A DNA stretch of 19,300 bases. Origin: Candidatus Hadarchaeales archaeon. GTDB taxonomy: Archaea; Hadarchaeota; Hadarchaeia; Hadarchaeales; JAWBSP01. Location: the NCBI GenBank assembly GCA_038842485.1, contig JAWBSP010000020.1, forward strand, positions 1-19,300. Direction: 5' to 3'. Shown here piece after piece: positions 1-8,384 of the stretch (the stretch's first letter is position 1; each line of letters begins with the position of its first letter). Both the position numbers and the translations under genes were made by a program. The notes under the pieces are model-generated. The model was given only the letters and a program-made list of their open reading frames with translations. It was not told the origin of the DNA and did no database searches.

Positions 1-459
1 GAGATAGTGAGGGTAACGGGAGCGGCCGAGATTTCGCCCCTGATAGGTGTCGCCGACCTCATAACCGATGTGACGGAGACGGGCTCAACCCTCCGCCTGC
101 ACGGGCTTAAGGTGGTGGACGTCATCGTGGAGAGCACGGCCAGGTTGATAGCCAATCGGGGGAGCCTGAGGGAGAAAGGGGAGAAGATTGGGGAGATCAA
201 GCTCGCCCTGGAAAGCGTGGTCCTCTCGAGGGGCCGCAAGCTGGTGCTGATGAACATCCCGGAGGAAAAGCTGGCCGAGATAAGGCGCATCATGCCGGGG
301 ATGGCTGGACCGACCGTTTCGAGGGTGGAGGCCGCAACCCCCATGCTGGCGGTTCAGGCGGTGGTGGAGGAGAGGGAGGTCTACAGGGTGATCAGGGAGG
401 CCAAGCAGATCGGGGCGAGGGACATTTTGGTGGTTCCCATCGAGAGAGTGGTTCCCTAG
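1..459 (+). CDS. hisG: ATP phosphoribosyltransferase, long form (5'-truncated by the window edge)
   Basis: Frame open from base 1. Motif GAAEISPLIGVADLITDVTETGSTLRLHGL and C-terminal regulatory domain PGMAGPTVS...GARDILVVPIER. Lies next to other his genes. Confidence 0.95.
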   Translation, partial: EIVRVTGAAEISPLIGVADLITDVTETGSTLRLHGLKVVDVIVESTARLIANRGSLREKGEKIGEIKLALESVVLSRGRKLVLMNIPEEKLAEIRRIMPGMAGPTVSRVEAATPMLAVQAVVEEREVYRVIREAKQIGARDILVVPIERVVP

Positions 460-460
460 C

Positions 461-1003
461 TTGCCGGAAGCACTCCTGAGAAGGGACCTGTATCTGGAAA
501 AACCCGGCCCCAGAAACACGGACCAGGTGGTGAGGGCCGTGGTGGACAGGATGAGGGAAACCGGGATAAGGACTGTGGTGGTGGCGAGCGACTCCGGTGA
601 GACGGCGGTCAGGCTCGCCAGGGCGGCGGGGAAGGTCAAGCTTGTGGTGATCTCCATGGAAAGGCTGAAGCCCTCCCACAAGACCCTGCTGGAGAAATCT
701 GGTGCCATCGTTTTCGAGCACTGCAAGCCCGCCTTCTGGAAATTCCCGCATCTGAGGGAGGTTTACTACACCCTCGGGCAGGGGTTCAAGGTGGCGGCCG
801 AGGTCATCATGATGGCGGCTGAGAGGGGTGCTGTCAGGGAGGGAGAGGAAGTTATCGGAGTGGGGGGAACTGGAAGAGGGGCGGACACCGCCATCGTTGC
901 CAAGGCGGCCAGACCCGGGAGCGCAACCAGGGGCGAGGTGGGAAAGCGCTTCGAGGTCAGGGAGATCATCGTCATGCCGAGGAAGAAGAAGTGGTGGGAA
1001 TGA
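461..1003 (+). CDS. Uncharacterised pyruvate kinase C-terminal (alpha/beta)-like domain protein, COG1751 type
   Basis: YLEKPGPRNTDQVV...VVVASDSGETA, LGQGFKVAAEVIMMAA, GVGGTGRGADTAIV match this archaeal family as I recall it. TTG start 1 bp after the hisG stop. Confidence 0.8.
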   Translation: MPEALLRRDLYLEKPGPRNTDQVVRAVVDRMRETGIRTVVVASDSGETAVRLARAAGKVKLVVISMERLKPSHKTLLEKSGAIVFEHCKPAFWKFPHLREVYYTLGQGFKVAAEVIMMAAERGAVREGEEVIGVGGTGRGADTAIVAKAARPGSATRGEVGKRFEVREIIVMPRKKKWWE

Positions 1004-1012
1004 TCTTACCGC

Positions 1013-1042
1013 CTGGAAATCAAATCGCTGGAAATCAAATCG
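1013..1042. repeat. Perfect 15-bp tandem duplication (CTGGAAATCAAATCG x2)
   Basis: Read directly: 1013-1027 and 1028-1042 are identical, in the spacer before hisA. Confidence 0.95.
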
Positions 1043-1092
1043 TTCAGCCGCTTCCCGTGGATACCTCCTAAATACGCATGTAGAAAGAACGG

Positions 1093-1803
1093 ATGCTGGT
1101 TATCCCCTCCATCGACATCCACCGCGGGAGGTGCGTGCAGTGGGTGGGGGGAAAGATGGGCACGGGAAAGGTGTACGGCGCGCCCGTGCAGATGGCGTGG
1201 AGGTGGGTGGAGGAGGGCGCGGAGTGGCTACACGTGGTGGATCTGGATGCGGCGCTGGGGTTGGGGAGCAATTTTAACCTGATAGCCGAGATCCTCGCGA
1301 ACGTGCCCGTACCAGTGCAGGTTGGGGGCGGGATAAGGGACATGGAGAGGGCCTCCGAGCTGCTGGGGCTCGGTGCCGAGAGGGTGATCCTGGGGACGGC
1401 CGCGGTCAGGAAGCCGGAGCTGGTGAGGGAACTGGTGGAGAAGGTGGGAGGGGAGAGGGTGATGGTGGCCCTGGATGCCCGCGGGGGAAGGGTGGTGGTG
1501 AAGGGCTGGACAGAGGATGGTGGGATCACCCCCCTCGAGCTGGCCAAGAGGTTTGAGGGGATGGGGGTGGGGTCCCTCCTTTACACGGAGGTCGAGGTCG
1601 AGGGGAGGATGACCGGTCTAAGGGTGGATCAGGCCAGGAAGCTCATCTCCTCCCTGAGGGTCCCGCTCTTCCTCTCGGGGGGAGTGGGTTCGCTCGAGGA
1701 CGTGAGACTGGCGAAGGAGGCTGGGGCGGCGGGCCTGGTGGTGGGGATGGCTCTTTATGAGGGCAAGTTCACTCTTGAGGAGGCCAAGAGGGTGGCAGCT
1801 TGA
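1093..1803 (+). CDS. hisA: ProFAR isomerase HisA
   Basis: IPSIDI, LHVVDLDAA, VQVGGGIR, RVILGTAA, SGGVGSLED, VVGMALYEG form the HisA TIM-barrel pattern. Confidence 0.95.
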   Translation: MLVIPSIDIHRGRCVQWVGGKMGTGKVYGAPVQMAWRWVEEGAEWLHVVDLDAALGLGSNFNLIAEILANVPVPVQVGGGIRDMERASELLGLGAERVILGTAAVRKPELVRELVEKVGGERVMVALDARGGRVVVKGWTEDGGITPLELAKRFEGMGVGSLLYTEVEVEGRMTGLRVDQARKLISSLRVPLFLSGGVGSLEDVRLAKEAGAAGLVVGMALYEGKFTLEEAKRVAA

Positions 1804-2384
1804 AGGCGCGAAGGGCTAGCAGGGAGAGAAAGACCAGGGAGACCTCAGTTAGCGTGAGGCTAAACCTGGAGGGGGAGGGCAGGGCGAGGATCTCCACGGG
1901 AATTCCCTTTCTGGAGCACATGCTGGAAAGCATGGCTAGGCACGGGAGGTTCGACCTGGAGATCGAGGCGAGGGGTGACCTGAAGCATCACCTTGCCGAG
2001 GATGTTTTCATCGCGCTCGGGGAGGCCCTCTCGCAGGCGCTTGGGGAGAAAGCCGGAATCCTCAGGTTCGGGGAGGCGGCGGTGCCCATGGATGAGGTTC
2101 TGGTTTTGGTGGCGGTGGACCTGAGCGGGAGGCCCTACTTCTCCTCCAACCTGACATTCTCCCAGAAGAGGGTGGAGGGGGTTGAGAGCGAACTCTTCCC
2201 CCATCTCCTCAGGAGCCTCTCCTCCAGCGGCAGGTTCACCCTTCACGTGCTGGTGCTGCGGGAGGGGGAGGATCACCACAAGCTCGAGGCCACCTTCAAG
2301 GCGCTGGGTCTCGCCCTTTCGAGAGCTTGGAGCATCGGCAGGGGGACGGGAGTGCCCTCCACGAAGGGTGTGCTGGATGGTTGA
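1800..2384 (+). CDS. hisB: Imidazoleglycerol-phosphate dehydratase (monofunctional)
   Basis: RKTRET, TGIPFLEHML, HHLAED, PMDE, DLSGRPY, DHHKLEATFKA, VPSTKGVL. TTG start overlaps the hisA stop. No N-terminal phosphatase domain. Confidence 0.95.
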   Translation: MKARRASRERKTRETSVSVRLNLEGEGRARISTGIPFLEHMLESMARHGRFDLEIEARGDLKHHLAEDVFIALGEALSQALGEKAGILRFGEAAVPMDEVLVLVAVDLSGRPYFSSNLTFSQKRVEGVESELFPHLLRSLSSSGRFTLHVLVLREGEDHHKLEATFKALGLALSRAWSIGRGTGVPSTKGVLDG

Positions 2385-3642
2385 GATCGTAAGGCTGAGG
2401 GAGGACAACCGGGAAGCGCTCGTGAGGAGATCGGAGGGGGCGGTCTCTTCGGTTCTGCCGCAGGTGAGGAAAATCGTCGAGGAGGTGAGGCGGAGGGGGG
2501 ACCGCGCCCTCCTCGAGCTGGAGCGCAGGCTGGACGGAAGCAGGCTCAAGTCCCTCAGGGTGACCGACCGGGAAATCGTCGAGGCGTATGAGCGGGTGGG
2601 CGAGAGGGGCATAGAGGTCCTAAAGTCGGTCGAGAGGTCGATTGAGCGCTTTCACCGAAGGATGCTTCCCAAGGAGTGGAGGGTGGAGCTCTCGAAGGGG
2701 GTGACGGCGGGCGTGCTGGTGAGGGCCGTGAGGAGGGTGGGTCTCTACGTTCCGGGGGGGCAGGCTGGTTACCCCTCAACGGTGCTGATGGGCGCCGTGC
2801 CTGCCAGGGTGGCTGGGGTGGAGGAGATATACATCTGCACCCCGCCGAAAGGGGGAGCGATCAATCCGTACGTGCTGGTGGCGGCCGACTTGGTTGGGGT
2901 GGAGGGGATCTTCAAGGTGGGGGGCGCCCAAGCCATCGCGGCCATGGCGTACGGCACCGAGACCATCCCCAAGGTTGAAAAAGTGGTGGGACCCGGGAAC
3001 ATCTATGTTCAAGCGGCGAAGATGCTGGTCTCGGGGGAGGTTGAGGTTGACTTCCAGGCAGGCCCGAGTGAAGTGATGATTCTAGCCGACGATTCCGCGA
3101 GGGCGAGCACGGTGGCGCTGGAGCTGCTGGCTCAGGCCGAGCATGATGCCAACTCCTCGGCTGTTCTGGTTACCCCCTCCCTCAGGCTCGCCCGAGAGGT
3201 GAAGCGCTTCCTGGAGGAGCGCATGAATTCGGACACGCTCAGGGCCTCCTTCTCCCGGTACAGCCGGATCGTGCTGGTGAGGAATCTGGAGAGGGGCATG
3301 CAGTTCGCGAACGACTACGCACCTGAGCACCTCGTCCTGATGGTGAGGCAGCCCATGAAGTGGCTGGGGAAGGTGAGGAACGCCGGGGAGGTTTTCATCG
3401 GCCCCTACTCGGCCGTGGCGGCGGGGGACTTCACAGTGGGTCCGAGCCACATCCTGCCCACTGGGGGAAAGGCGAGGAGCAGATCCGGTCTCACGGTTTT
3501 CGACTTTCTGAAGTTCCTTCCCTACCAGCAGCTCTCCAGGGAGGGGCTGAAACGGCTCTCCCCGCTCGTGGAACGGATGGCGGAGGTGGAGGGCCTTCCC
3601 TGGCATGCTAGGAGCGTGAGGGAGAGGCTTGAGGGTGAGTGA
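2377..3642 (+). CDS. hisD: Histidinol dehydrogenase
   Basis: GLYVPGG, YPSTVLM, GGAQAIAAMAYGT, GPGNIYV, AGPSEV, AQAEHD, APEHL, GPSHILPT. ATG 2377 overlapping the hisB end is preferred over the ORF-track start at 2182. Confidence 0.95.
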   Translation: MVEIVRLREDNREALVRRSEGAVSSVLPQVRKIVEEVRRRGDRALLELERRLDGSRLKSLRVTDREIVEAYERVGERGIEVLKSVERSIERFHRRMLPKEWRVELSKGVTAGVLVRAVRRVGLYVPGGQAGYPSTVLMGAVPARVAGVEEIYICTPPKGGAINPYVLVAADLVGVEGIFKVGGAQAIAAMAYGTETIPKVEKVVGPGNIYVQAAKMLVSGEVEVDFQAGPSEVMILADDSARASTVALELLAQAEHDANSSAVLVTPSLRLAREVKRFLEERMNSDTLRASFSRYSRIVLVRNLERGMQFANDYAPEHLVLMVRQPMKWLGKVRNAGEVFIGPYSAVAAGDFTVGPSHILPTGGKARSRSGLTVFDFLKFLPYQQLSREGLKRLSPLVERMAEVEGLPWHARSVRERLEGE

Positions 3643-4054
3643 GAGCGAGGCGAGGGAGCTCCTGCGCAGCCTGAAGTTCAGGGACGGTCTGGTGACGGCA
3701 GTGGTCAGGGACTGGAGGTCGAAGGAGATTCTGATGGTTGCGCACCAGAACAGGGAGGCGGTGATGAAAACGCTCACCACCGGGCTCATGCATTACTGGA
3801 GCGTCTCCAGGGGCAGGCTGTGGCTGAAGGGTGAGACCTCGGGGCACCTTCAGGCCCTTCGGGGGGTCTGCCTGGACTGCGATGGGGACTCCATCCTCTA
3901 CGACGTGCAGCAGAAGGTTGCGGCCTGTCACGAGGGTTACTATTCCTGCTTCTTCAGAACTCTCCGCGGCGGGAGGTGGGTGATTTTCAGGAAGAAGAAG
4001 TTCGAGCCGAGCCAGAAGTACAAGGGGGAGGGGGTTGATGCAGCCGCGAGGTAA
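3635..4054 (+). CDS. hisI: Phosphoribosyl-AMP cyclohydrolase
   Basis: YWSVSRGRLWLKGETSGH, DCDGDS, ACHEGYYSCFFR. Start is GTG 3635 or TTG 3629. No fused HisE domain. Confidence 0.93.
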   Translation: MSESEARELLRSLKFRDGLVTAVVRDWRSKEILMVAHQNREAVMKTLTTGLMHYWSVSRGRLWLKGETSGHLQALRGVCLDCDGDSILYDVQQKVAACHEGYYSCFFRTLRGGRWVIFRKKKFEPSQKYKGEGVDAAAR

Positions 4055-5228
4055 GTTTTTTGTCGTGGTCGCTGACGGGGCGGCCGACACCCCGCTCCCA
4101 GAGCTGAACGGAAAGACACCGTTTCAGGCCGCATACATGCCCAACCTGAATTACCTGGCTTCCAAAGGCAGGCTGGGGGTGGTCAGGACCGTTCCGGAGG
4201 GAATGCACCCCGGTTCGGACGTCGCGAACATGTCCATTTTGGGTTACGATCCGAGGGAGTACTACACCGGGAGGGGGCCCTTGGAGGCTGCGGCGATGGG
4301 TGTGGAGTTCGACGATCGCATCATCTTCAGGTGCAATCTGGTGACGGTGAGGGGCGGGGTCCTGGAGGACTATTCGGCTGGGCACATAACTAGGGAGGAG
4401 GCGCGCGAGCTGATAGAGGCCCTGAACCGCTGGACCCCCTTCGGGAAGTTTTACCTCGGGCTGGACTACAGGAACCTGTTCGTGCTGGAGGGGTGCGACG
4501 AACACCTGCAGAACACGCCCCCGCACGACATCACGGGGAAGGAATTCGCCCGCTACATGCTGGGTCCCCCCTCGAACGAGTGGGCCGCCAAGCTGAACAA
4601 GCTCATGCTGGACTCTAGGCAAATTCTGGAGAATCACCCCGTCAACCTACGCAGGAAGGAGGCCGGGAAGCGCCCCGCCAACATGATCTGGTTGTGGGGG
4701 CAGGGGAGGAGGCCGCGCATGGAGCCGCTCAAGCAGAAGTTCGGCGTCACCGGGGCGATGATCTCCTGCGTCTACCTCATCAAGGGGATGGGGAGGCTGA
4801 CGGGGATGTGGGTTCCGGACGTCCCCGGGGCCACCGGTTACTATGATACGGATCTGGGGGCGAAGGCCTCCTACGCGCTAAAGGCAGTCAGGGAGGAGGA
4901 CCTGGATCTGGCATACGTGCACGTGGAGGCACCGGACGAGGCCGGGCACGAGGGAAACGCCGAGACGAAGGTGAGGATGCTGGAACGCATCGATCGCGAG
5001 CTCCTGGGGAAGCTCTTGGACGAGGTTCCCGAGGCGAGCTTCATGTTCCTCCCGGATCATCCCACGCCCGTCAGAGTGAGGACCCACACGGCGGAGCCAG
5101 TTCCCGCTGTTATTTACAGACCGGGCGGGACGGGCGACGGGCTCCTCTTCGACGAGTTCAGCTGTAGGAGGGGTTCGCTGGGATTCCTGGAGGGAACCCA
5201 GCTCATGCCCAAGTTTCTCGCCCGCTAG
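4038..5228 (+). CDS. apgM: Cofactor-independent phosphoglycerate mutase, ApgM type (alkaline phosphatase superfamily)
   Basis: DGAAD, GKTP, PGSDVANMSILGYDP, GRGPLEA, HVEAPDEAGHEG, PDHPTP, HTAEPVP. ATG 4038 follows a G-rich SD-like run and overlaps hisI. Confidence 0.88.
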   Translation: MQPRGKFFVVVADGAADTPLPELNGKTPFQAAYMPNLNYLASKGRLGVVRTVPEGMHPGSDVANMSILGYDPREYYTGRGPLEAAAMGVEFDDRIIFRCNLVTVRGGVLEDYSAGHITREEARELIEALNRWTPFGKFYLGLDYRNLFVLEGCDEHLQNTPPHDITGKEFARYMLGPPSNEWAAKLNKLMLDSRQILENHPVNLRRKEAGKRPANMIWLWGQGRRPRMEPLKQKFGVTGAMISCVYLIKGMGRLTGMWVPDVPGATGYYDTDLGAKASYALKAVREEDLDLAYVHVEAPDEAGHEGNAETKVRMLERIDRELLGKLLDEVPEASFMFLPDHPTPVRVRTHTAEPVPAVIYRPGGTGDGLLFDEFSCRRGSLGFLEGTQLMPKFLAR

Positions 5229-5632
5229 CCGACTCCCAGGATTTCCTTGATCCGCTTTAGTCTTCTCTCCCTCTCTCCAAGCCGTCCGCTAACGGATGCC
5301 AGCTGGGAGCTCTTCTCCTCGACCGCCCTCTCGATTTCCGCCAGCTCCTTCTCCATTTCCGCGAGCTCCCTCTCCTTCTGTGCCAGGGAAGTCTGGAGGT
5401 TTAGGATCTCCAACCTGTTTTTTTCCTCCCCCCTCCTGAGACCCGCGCGGTAGGACACGAGGGACAGACCCAGGAGGAGGATCACCATCCCCCAGAAGGT
5501 GAGGGAGATCTCCGGATTGTTTCTTATGTCCGCAATTACCCGCCCCCTGGATAGAAGGAAAGCGTAGGTAAGGAAAATCAGTCCAACCAGGTATATGGCC
5601 CCCGCCACCTTGTAGGTCCTCGGGAGCGTCAT
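5225..5632 (-). CDS. Hypothetical membrane protein, two TM helices plus C-terminal coiled coil
   Basis: Hydrophobic segments [18 protein letters not shown] and [16 protein letters not shown], then an E/K/L-rich heptad region. ATGA overlap with the upstream dehydrogenase stop. Confidence 0.75.
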   Translation of the reverse strand: MTLPRTYKVAGAIYLVGLIFLTYAFLLSRGRVIADIRNNPEISLTFWGMVILLLGLSLVSYRAGLRRGEEKNRLEILNLQTSLAQKERELAEMEKELAEIERAVEEKSSQLASVSGRLGERERRLKRIKEILGVG

Positions 5633-6705
5633 TTGAGCTCTCTTATGATGGCATCTGCCATCTCCCGGGTTCCAACCGCCGTGGGGTCATCGGGGGTGGG
5701 CTTCAGGTCGTAGGTGACGTACCTCCCCTCGGCTATCACCTTGGCCACCGCTCTCTCCAGAAGATTTGCCGCCTCGACCTCCCCGAGGTGTCTGAGCATC
5801 ATTACCCCCGAGAGGATGGTGGCGGTGGGGTTGACCCTGTTGAGTCCCGCGTACTTCGGGGCGCTACCGTGGGTGGGCTCGAAGACCGCGGCATGCTCCC
5901 CGATGTTGCAGCTCGGCGCCATCCCCAGCCCCCCAACCAGTCCGGCGCAGAGGTCGGAGAGGAGGTCGCCGTATATGTTGGGGGCGACGATCACGTCGTA
6001 AAGTTCGGGTTTCTGCACGAGCTGCATGCACATGTTGTCAACGATTCTGTCCTCAAAGGAGATATCCGGGTATTCTTTCGCCACCTCCCGCGCGACCGAG
6101 AGGAAGAGACCATCCGAGAACTTCATGATGTTGGCTTTGTGGACGGCCGTCACCTTCTTCCTCCCGTTCCTCCTCGCGTACTCGAAGGCGAACCTGACGA
6201 TTCTCTCCGAGCAGAACTTGGAGATGGGCTTGAGCGAGATCCCCGAGTCCTCCCTGACTTGGTGGCCCAGGGAGCGCAGGAATTCCAGGAGCCTCCTGCT
6301 TTCCTCCGAACCCTCCTCGAACTCAATCCCCGCGTAGAGATCTTCTGTGGTTTCCCTTATCACCACCAGATCGACGTTAGTGTACCTGGTTCTCACGCCT
6401 GGATAAAGCTTGCACGGACGGACGCATGCGTAGAGATCCAGCTTCTGCCTGAGGGCCACGTTCACGCTCCTGAAACCCGTGCCGACGGGGGTGGTTATGG
6501 GTCCCTTCAGCGCCACCCCGTTCCTCCTTATAGATTCCAAAACCTCGGCCGGGAGGGGTGTTCCGTGCCGCTTTAGAGCGGGTTCGCCGGCCTCAACCAC
6601 TTCCCAGCTTATTTTGACCCCCGTTGCCTCGATGCACCTTACCGCCGCGTCGATCACCTCTGGCCCTATGCCATCGCCGGGGATGAGCGTTACGCGATGT
6701 CCCAT
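5629..6705 (-). CDS. icd: Isocitrate dehydrogenase (isocitrate/isopropylmalate dehydrogenase family)
   Basis: GDGIGPEV; [25 protein letters not shown] carries the IDH-type S-x-N-x-x-L-R; VHKANIMK; NIYGDLLSD; HGSAPKYAG; VTYDL. Confidence 0.85.
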   Translation of the reverse strand: MGHRVTLIPGDGIGPEVIDAAVRCIEATGVKISWEVVEAGEPALKRHGTPLPAEVLESIRRNGVALKGPITTPVGTGFRSVNVALRQKLDLYACVRPCKLYPGVRTRYTNVDLVVIRETTEDLYAGIEFEEGSEESRRLLEFLRSLGHQVREDSGISLKPISKFCSERIVRFAFEYARRNGRKKVTAVHKANIMKFSDGLFLSVAREVAKEYPDISFEDRIVDNMCMQLVQKPELYDVIVAPNIYGDLLSDLCAGLVGGLGMAPSCNIGEHAAVFEPTHGSAPKYAGLNRVNPTATILSGVMMLRHLGEVEAANLLERAVAKVIAEGRYVTYDLKPTPDDPTAVGTREMADAIIRELK

Positions 6706-7193
6706 ACAAAACCCCCTCTCCTGCGATATTGCTCGATGAGCCCCCCGTCCTCCAGAATCTTGACCAAGAACTCAGGCATGGGTCGGACGGCGAGCGTCAA
6801 ACCCTTGGAGAGATCCCTCACCACGCCGGTTCGCAGGTCCACTTCGATTTCGTCGCCGGCATCCACCTTCTCATACGCCTCGGGGCACTCGAGCACCGGT
6901 AAACCGATGTTGATGGAGTTCCGGTAAAAGATCCTAGCAAACGATTTGGCGAGGATGCAGGAGATGCCGAGATGCTTGAGGACCAGCGGGGCCTGCTCCC
7001 TACTCGAACCGCAGCCGAAGTTCTTCCCAGCAACGATGACATCCCCCGGCCGGACCTTTGCTGCGAACTCTGGATCCAGGGCCTCCATGGCGTGCTTCGA
7101 GAGCTCGCGGAGGTCGAGCGTTTTGAACTTGTACTTCCCCGAGATGATGATGTCCGTGTTTATATCATCCCCAAACTTCCAAGCCCTGCCCAT
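6690..7193 (-). CDS. LeuD/homoaconitase-type hydratase small subunit
   Basis: [50 protein letters not shown] 7193. Substrate is uncertain, so no symbol is given. Confidence 0.9.
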   Translation of the reverse strand: MGRAWKFGDDINTDIIISGKYKFKTLDLRELSKHAMEALDPEFAAKVRPGDVIVAGKNFGCGSSREQAPLVLKHLGISCILAKSFARIFYRNSINIGLPVLECPEAYEKVDAGDEIEVDLRTGVVRDLSKGLTLAVRPMPEFLVKILEDGGLIEQYRRRGGFVWDIA

Positions 7194-7316
7194 CAATTTC
7201 GGTGAGTCCGGGAGAAAAGCCTTAGGGTAAAATCGAAGAATCCCGCCGGCGAGCGTGAGCGGAGATTGCCAGCTGGTGCAGGGCTGCTTCGTTCTCCCTG
7301 ACCAAAACAATTGAGT

Positions 7317-8364
7317 ATGAACCTCACCTTCCAGCCAGTCTGGTTCGACTCGTTGGGCGCAAAAAGCATGTGCGTCTTCGTCGCGACCCACAGATGTCCG
7401 GGTGATAATCGATCCTGGCGTAGCGATTATGCATCCCTCCTTCCCGGCTTTTTGGGTGAAGAAAATCTACTGGGCCGAGCGTGGGGCAATGGCGATAAGG
7501 AGGGCGGCCAAAAGAGCGCAGGTGGTGGTGATTTCCCACTACCATTACGACCACTACCTCCCCGGCGAGACGGGGATCTACAAGGGAAAACTGCTGCTCG
7601 CGAAGAATCCGAACGAATACATAAACGATTCGCAGAGGACGAGGGCGGAGGAATTCTTCGACAACCTGTGCCGGGTCTTCGGGAAAAAACCGCTCGGCGA
7701 GATGGTGGAAGAGGGGGAGAGGGCGAGCTACCCGAACCCGCTGGATGAGCTTCCGAGGGCGAGGAAGAAGGACTTTGGGGATTACAACGAGAGGAGGAAG
7801 CAGCTGCTCGGGCTCGGGCTCAGGTGGTTCGAGAACAGGGTGAGGAGGTGGAACGGGGCGCCCAGGATCCCGGAGCTGAAGTTCCCGGGGGTCGAGGTCA
7901 GGTTTCCGGAGGGGAGGGAATTCAGGTTCGGCAGGACCGTCCTCAGGTTCACGAGGCCGCTCTTTCACGGAATCGAGTTTTCGAGGGTGGGATGGGTTTT
8001 CGCGACGGTCATCGAGCGGGGGAAGGAGAAGCTGATCCACTCCTCGGATGTGGACGGGCCGATGATCGAGGATTACGCGGACTGGATAGTAAAAGAAGAT
8101 CCGCGAGTCCTGATCCTGGACGGGCCAACCACCTACATGCGCTTCATGCTGATAAGGAGGAATCTCGAAAGGTGCATCGAGAACGCGAGGAGGATAATAA
8201 GGGAGACGACGAAACTGGAACTCCTCATATACGACCACCACCTCGTAAGGGAGAGAAACTTCAGGGAGAACACCAGGCAGGTATGGGAGGAGGGGAGGAG
8301 GGAGGGGGTGAGGGTGCTAACGGCGGCCGAATTCCTCGGGAAAAAGCCTGCGGTCCTTCGTTAG
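7317..8364 (+). pseudogene. MBL-fold metallo-hydrolase (UPF0282-like) interrupted by a +1 frameshift near 7389-7390
   Basis: Frame from ATG 7317 gives MNLTFQPVWFDSLGAKSMCVFVAT. The +1 frame continues DVRVIIDPGVAIMHPSFP...ISHYHYDH...ILDGP...YDHHLVR to TAG 8364. Removing one base at 7390 gives the family-like VATPDVRVIIDPG. Could be a sequencing error. Confidence 0.75.
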
Positions 8365-8384
8365 GCCATCATTTAAAGAACGTT

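Noticed and set aside
1580-1620. HisA has VEG where bacterial enzymes have a catalytic DG
   Set aside because: As I recall, the Glu variant is common in archaeal HisA; not evidence of inactivation.
2182-2376. Long N-terminal extensions given by the ORF track for hisD, and similarly for pyk, the synthase, the small hydratase subunit, pfdA and the CPBP gene
   Set aside because: Extensions overlap neighbouring genes or spacers; family similarity begins at the downstream ATG in each case.
1-4054. hisC, hisE, hisF and hisH absent from the cluster
   Set aside because: The window cuts into hisG and archaeal his genes are often dispersed, so absence here is uninformative.
7391-7748. Remainder of the 145-aa ORF 7311-7748 as a separate gene
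   Set aside because: Only its first ~25 codons are MBL-like; the rest is out-of-frame read-through after the frameshift.
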